A stretch of 64,000 nt of DNA, from contig OY762721.1 of assembly GCA_963666345.1 (NCBI GenBank), positions 2,592,001 to 2,656,000 of the forward strand, in the 5' to 3' direction. This document shows, piece by piece, positions 60,588 to 64,000 of the stretch. This DNA is from Desulfatiglandales bacterium. GTDB lineage: Bacteria; Desulfobacterota; DSM-4660; Desulfatiglandales; Desulfatiglandaceae. A program made the position numbers and the translations under genes. The notes below the pieces were generated by a model that was not told the origin of the DNA, did not search any database, and was given only the letters and a program-made list of their open reading frames with translations. The stretch's first letter is position 1. Every line of letters begins with the position of its first letter.

Positions 60588-61979
60588 ATGATAGGTTACA
60601 GGATCTTTGTGGTAGATGATGAGAAGACGATCAGAGACGGACTGGTCATGGGGCTGGAACAGGATTATGCGGTCGACGGTTTCGCAAACGCTGAAGATGC
60701 CGTAAAGGCGATGAAAGAGGGACCTCCCGACCTGATTCTTCTGGATATCGGCCTGCCCGGAATGAGCGGACTCGACGCGATCCCGGTTATTAAGGAAATT
60801 AATCCCGATGTAATCGTAATCATTATTACCGCGTATGAAGATATATCGACTGTGATAAGCGCCATGAAGCTGGGGGCGTACGACTATGTTGTAAAACCGA
60901 TACACCTGGACGGTCTGGAGGTCAGCATAGTAAATGCCCTTGAGACCGTCCGGATAAAAAGAGAGGTTCAGGATCTTCAGGAGAGGTGTCTAAAGGAAAA
61001 TGTCCCCTTCTTCATTGGTGAAAGTAATGCGATCCAGGACGTAATGGAGTTTGTGGGAAAGGTCGCTAAAAGTCCCGATACCCCCATACTCATATGCGGT
61101 GAGACAGGTACGGGCAAGGAATTGATCGCGAATGCGATCCATTACAGAAGCCCTAATTTCAAGGGCCCCCTGATTGCGCTTAACTGCGCGGCGGTTCCTA
61201 AGGATCTCGTGGAAAGCGAATTGTTCGGATATGAAAAGGGGGCCTTCAGCGGGGCCAAGCCGGAAGGTAAAAAAGGGCTGATAGAAGAGGCTGACCAGGG
61301 AACTCTTTTCCTGGACGAAGTGGGTGATCTGAGCTATGAGGCTCAGGCAAAGATGTTGAGATTTCTGCAGGAAGGGAAATTTTACAGGATAGGCGGGACA
61401 AGACCCGTCAATATAAAAGTCAGGGTTATTTCAGCCACCAACAAGGACCTTGACTCAATGATTGCCGAGGAAAGTTTTCGTAAGGATCTCTATTTCCGGT
61501 TGAGTGTGATAAAGGTCGCGCTGCCTTCTCTCAGGGAGCGAACAGAGGACCTGCTGCCCCTGGCGATGCATTTTCTGTCGGAATTTTCGGGAAAATTCGG
61601 CAAAAAGGTCTACTCCCTTTCAAAAGAGGCTCAGCATGTACTTCTTGAACACAGCTGGACCGGTAACATAAGAGAGCTGCGAAATTATATCGAACGAGCA
61701 GTCCTGATATGTGAAGGGGATGAAATAACGCTGAATGATCTGGGTCTTGTTCCGGAAAGAGGGAAATCCATTGCAGAACATGGTAAAAGCGGTATCAGCT
61801 TCGCCCCTTTATCGGAAAAGGGCGTTGACCTTTTATCGGCCCAGACTGCGCTTGAAAGGTATTATATAGAAGAGGCCTACAGGATGTCGGGGGGAAACGA
61901 AAGCAAGGCGGCGAAATTACTCAACGTGAATCACCATACCTTCAGGTACCGCAGAAAAAAATTTTTGGAAAACGATTAA
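60588..61979 (+). CDS. Sigma54-dependent response regulator
   Basis: VVDDE, DIGLP, GETGTGKE, GAFSGA, WTGNIRELRN, HTH. Start moved to MIGYRIF. Confidence 0.93.
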   Translation: MIGYRIFVVDDEKTIRDGLVMGLEQDYAVDGFANAEDAVKAMKEGPPDLILLDIGLPGMSGLDAIPVIKEINPDVIVIIITAYEDISTVISAMKLGAYDYVVKPIHLDGLEVSIVNALETVRIKREVQDLQERCLKENVPFFIGESNAIQDVMEFVGKVAKSPDTPILICGETGTGKELIANAIHYRSPNFKGPLIALNCAAVPKDLVESELFGYEKGAFSGAKPEGKKGLIEEADQGTLFLDEVGDLSYEAQAKMLRFLQEGKFYRIGGTRPVNIKVRVISATNKDLDSMIAEESFRKDLYFRLSVIKVALPSLRERTEDLLPLAMHFLSEFSGKFGKKVYSLSKEAQHVLLEHSWTGNIRELRNYIERAVLICEGDEITLNDLGLVPERGKSIAEHGKSGISFAPLSEKGVDLLSAQTALERYYIEEAYRMSGGNESKAAKLLNVNHHTFRYRRKKFLEND

Positions 61980-62017
61980 TCTTTACTTCCATCCTTTACC
62001 CGCATTTGCCTCAACAC

Positions 62018-62035
62018 CCCGCGGCTTGCCGCGGG
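62018..62035. repeat. REP-like GC hairpin
   Basis: CCCGCGG-CTTG-CCGCGGG, no U-tract. Confidence 0.4.
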
Positions 62036-62163
62036 AAGCGGTATCCTGAATTTAGAACATTTCTTGCAAATATCGAAAAATTGCAAAATTACTCCATCCC
62101 ATGAATGACGGTTCTATCCTTATAACATACTGAAATTAAAAGTTAATTACTATTAAAGGTCTT

Positions 62164-62179
62164 TGGCATCCTTATTGCT
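62164..62179 (+). promoter_or_regulatory. Sigma54 (-24/-12) promoter
   Basis: TGGCATCCTTATTGCT (GG-N10-GC), directly downstream of a sigma54 activator gene. Confidence 0.72.
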
Positions 62180-62359
62180 TTAATAATATGTAAATGGGGT
62201 TGCTGAATATAGACATCGTGAAACGGCAAATCGCAAAATGCAACACCGGGAAGATTCCGACAGGTATTGTAGCAGCATAAATGATCGTTTAATAAGGCAA
62301 GTATAAACATTCTATAAAGCAGCCGTAAAATTGAACGGCCGTTAAAAGGAGAGACTGAG

Positions 62360-62839
62360 ATGAAAAATAAATCGTTTAAAAATATTCTTTTTTGCACCGA
62401 CTTATCGGAAACCTCGAATTCCGCCTTTGAATTCGCCTTAAGTATGGCGGGTAGGGACCAGGGAAGGCTCAATATACTGTATGTGATTCCTGATAATCCG
62501 AATAAAGGCATGTCCGAGGGATACCTTTCCAATCCGAGGATTAAACAATTCAAGGAAAATTTCAAGAACGGGGTCGACAGAAAATTTTCAGAACTTTATG
62601 TTGAAAAGATAGAGGATGCGGTGGAATTCAAGACCGTAACCAAGTCCGGAACTCCTCACGAAGAGATAATGCTTTACGCGGAAGAGGAAAACTCGGATAT
62701 TATCGTTATGGGCACAAACTGCAGGAGAGGGGTTGCAAAGCTGCTTTCAGGCAGTGTGTCGGAAAAGGTTGCGCGTGGAAGCAAAAGACCTGTAATGCTG
62801 ATTCATTCGGAAAAGACAGGGAACTTCATAACCGCCTGA
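62360..62839 (+). CDS. Universal stress protein
   Basis: KNILFCTDLSE, G.PHEEI, DIIVMG, GSVSEKV, PVMLI. Confidence 0.9.
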   Translation: MKNKSFKNILFCTDLSETSNSAFEFALSMAGRDQGRLNILYVIPDNPNKGMSEGYLSNPRIKQFKENFKNGVDRKFSELYVEKIEDAVEFKTVTKSGTPHEEIMLYAEEENSDIIVMGTNCRRGVAKLLSGSVSEKVARGSKRPVMLIHSEKTGNFITA

Positions 62840-62894
62840 TTAAATAACCGCGGCGGAGGCGGTTCAATCTTTGAGATAAATGACAATGCCCTGC

Positions 62895-64000
62895 TTATTT
62901 CTCCTTCCACCTTTGAAGGAGATAGGGCTTTGTCATTTCAAAGGTCACGCAGTCGTCTTCAATGGCCTGTTCCGCCTGTTTAATAGACATCCTGGAGGTG
63001 CTTTTGACAAAGGACAGTGTCCTTCCGAAATAGAGGGGAATCAGGGCGTCCATCATTAGATCCGTATCGACAACGACATTCTTGTAGGCGACCGCCACAT
63101 CAAACAGGACCCTGGCCCACAGATCAGTTGGAAAGCCGAATTCCTTTTCCTTCATACCCAAGATTTCCACGAGCTTCTTATAGACGCCCTCTGTTAGAAT
63201 TTTTTTCCATATCTCTTTGTTCTCTTCAAAACCGCCATGAAATTTTTCCAGCAGATTATTGGTGTTAACTTCTACCTTGGGAGGCATTTCGACTTCGCCC
63301 AGTCCAAAGCCGTAAATGGCAGTTGGTTTGCTGTATTTTATCCTGGTCCATAAGGATTCAAAGTTTGTCATCATCGCGAAAATAGTTCCGACCACCTGCC
63401 TGAACATAGGTCCAAGGCTTGCTCCTGGATCCTTGGTTCGGTGTATCTTGGGTCTGCCCATGAATGCCTGGGTTATTTTCGCCCTTTGATTAATAGCCAG
63501 TGTGGTCATCCAGATATCGATGCCGAAGTTTGCCACGGCCTCATCCCAGACTTTGCTCTCCAGGTACGCCTTCGCCAGTTTTCCGGAGAATCCGAAGTCG
63601 CCTCCGATAGGCTGTCTGACCCTTCTTCCGTAGAGGCTCCTGGTCATGGGATATGCTATGCCGTTCGTAATTGTGCCGTCATACTTATGCCTTACATACA
63701 GGGGCGCCACGTATGAAAAACCCTGAAAAAGCGGTTCACCGAGGTGTTTTATCCATTCAGGAGTAATGCTTTTCAGATCGGCATCAACAACAACCACTGC
63801 CTTCGCGCGTAATTCGACCACTTTTTGGAAAAGATTTTTGAAATTATTTCCCTTTCCCTTTATCCCGGGAGGAGTTGAAAGGTAAATCTTCGGATATTTT
63901 GACGGGGTGTCCAGAAATACCTGCCCCGTATTATCCGGAGAGTTGTTGTCACAGTTGATAATAACGGCTGATCTGTCCTTGAAATACCTTTGAAGCCCCT
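62895..64000 (-). CDS. GT2-like glycosyltransferase (glucosyl/mannosylglycerate synthase-like), 5'-partial
   Basis: Frame is open to the window edge. DNNSPDNT, GKG, DADL, Y.RHKYDGTITN, RQPIGGDF, FGIDIWMT. Confidence 0.78.
   Translation of the reverse strand, partial: GLQRYFKDRSAVIINCDNNSPDNTGQVFLDTPSKYPKIYLSTPPGIKGKGNNFKNLFQKVVELRAKAVVVVDADLKSITPEWIKHLGEPLFQGFSYVAPLYVRHKYDGTITNGIAYPMTRSLYGRRVRQPIGGDFGFSGKLAKAYLESKVWDEAVANFGIDIWMTTLAINQRAKITQAFMGRPKIHRTKDPGASLGPMFRQVVGTIFAMMTNFESLWTRIKYSKPTAIYGFGLGEVEMPPKVEVNTNNLLEKFHGGFEENKEIWKKILTEGVYKKLVEILGMKEKEFGFPTDLWARVLFDVAVAYKNVVVDTDLMMDALIPLYFGRTLSFVKSTSRMSIKQAEQAIEDDCVTFEMTKPYLLQRWKEK

Noticed and set aside
62225..62277. c-di-GMP-I riboswitch (GGCAAA..CGCAAA)
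   Set aside because: The intervening GNRA-capped stem and the downstream P3 consensus are absent.
1..64000. CRISPR arrays, tRNA (including tRNA-Sec), rRNA, transposase genes
   Set aside because: None seen by eye; tRNAscan-SE and Infernal would be needed to exclude them formally.

Overview
Chromosomal window from an anaerobic deltaproteobacterium (Desulfobacterota-like; inferred from gene content). I found no rRNA, tRNA, CRISPR array or intact transposase. The centre (26.4-38.4 kb) is an hdrL-mvhD-hdrA-flxDCBA electron-bifurcation cluster. The ORF track splits four of its genes because each has an in-frame TGA at a conserved Cys position, followed by a SECIS-like hairpin with a loop G exactly 24 nt downstream; these read as selenoproteins. 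The first MvhD carries a C-terminal winged-HTH, and the cluster has no hdrB/hdrC. Divergent from it is a signalling module: PAS/GAF kinase, sigma54 activator, archaemetzincin protease, and a GcvH-fold protein with no lipoyl-Lys and two Cys4 repeats. That last gene has a sigma54 promoter and four enhancer-like boxes. Other notable parts: an IclR-controlled module (hydroxyacid dehydrogenase, iorAB, ADP-forming acyl-CoA synthetase) with visible operators; a LexA/CI-like repressor with an unannotated 54-aa Zn-ribbon target; a two-copy intergenic hairpin/pseudoknot motif; carB without carA followed by a PurF homolog lacking its catalytic Cys; an AccA-AccD fusion; an HDAC/GNAT pair; and a tandem RHH protein divergent from hsp20. 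All calls come from reading motifs by eye; no searches were run.
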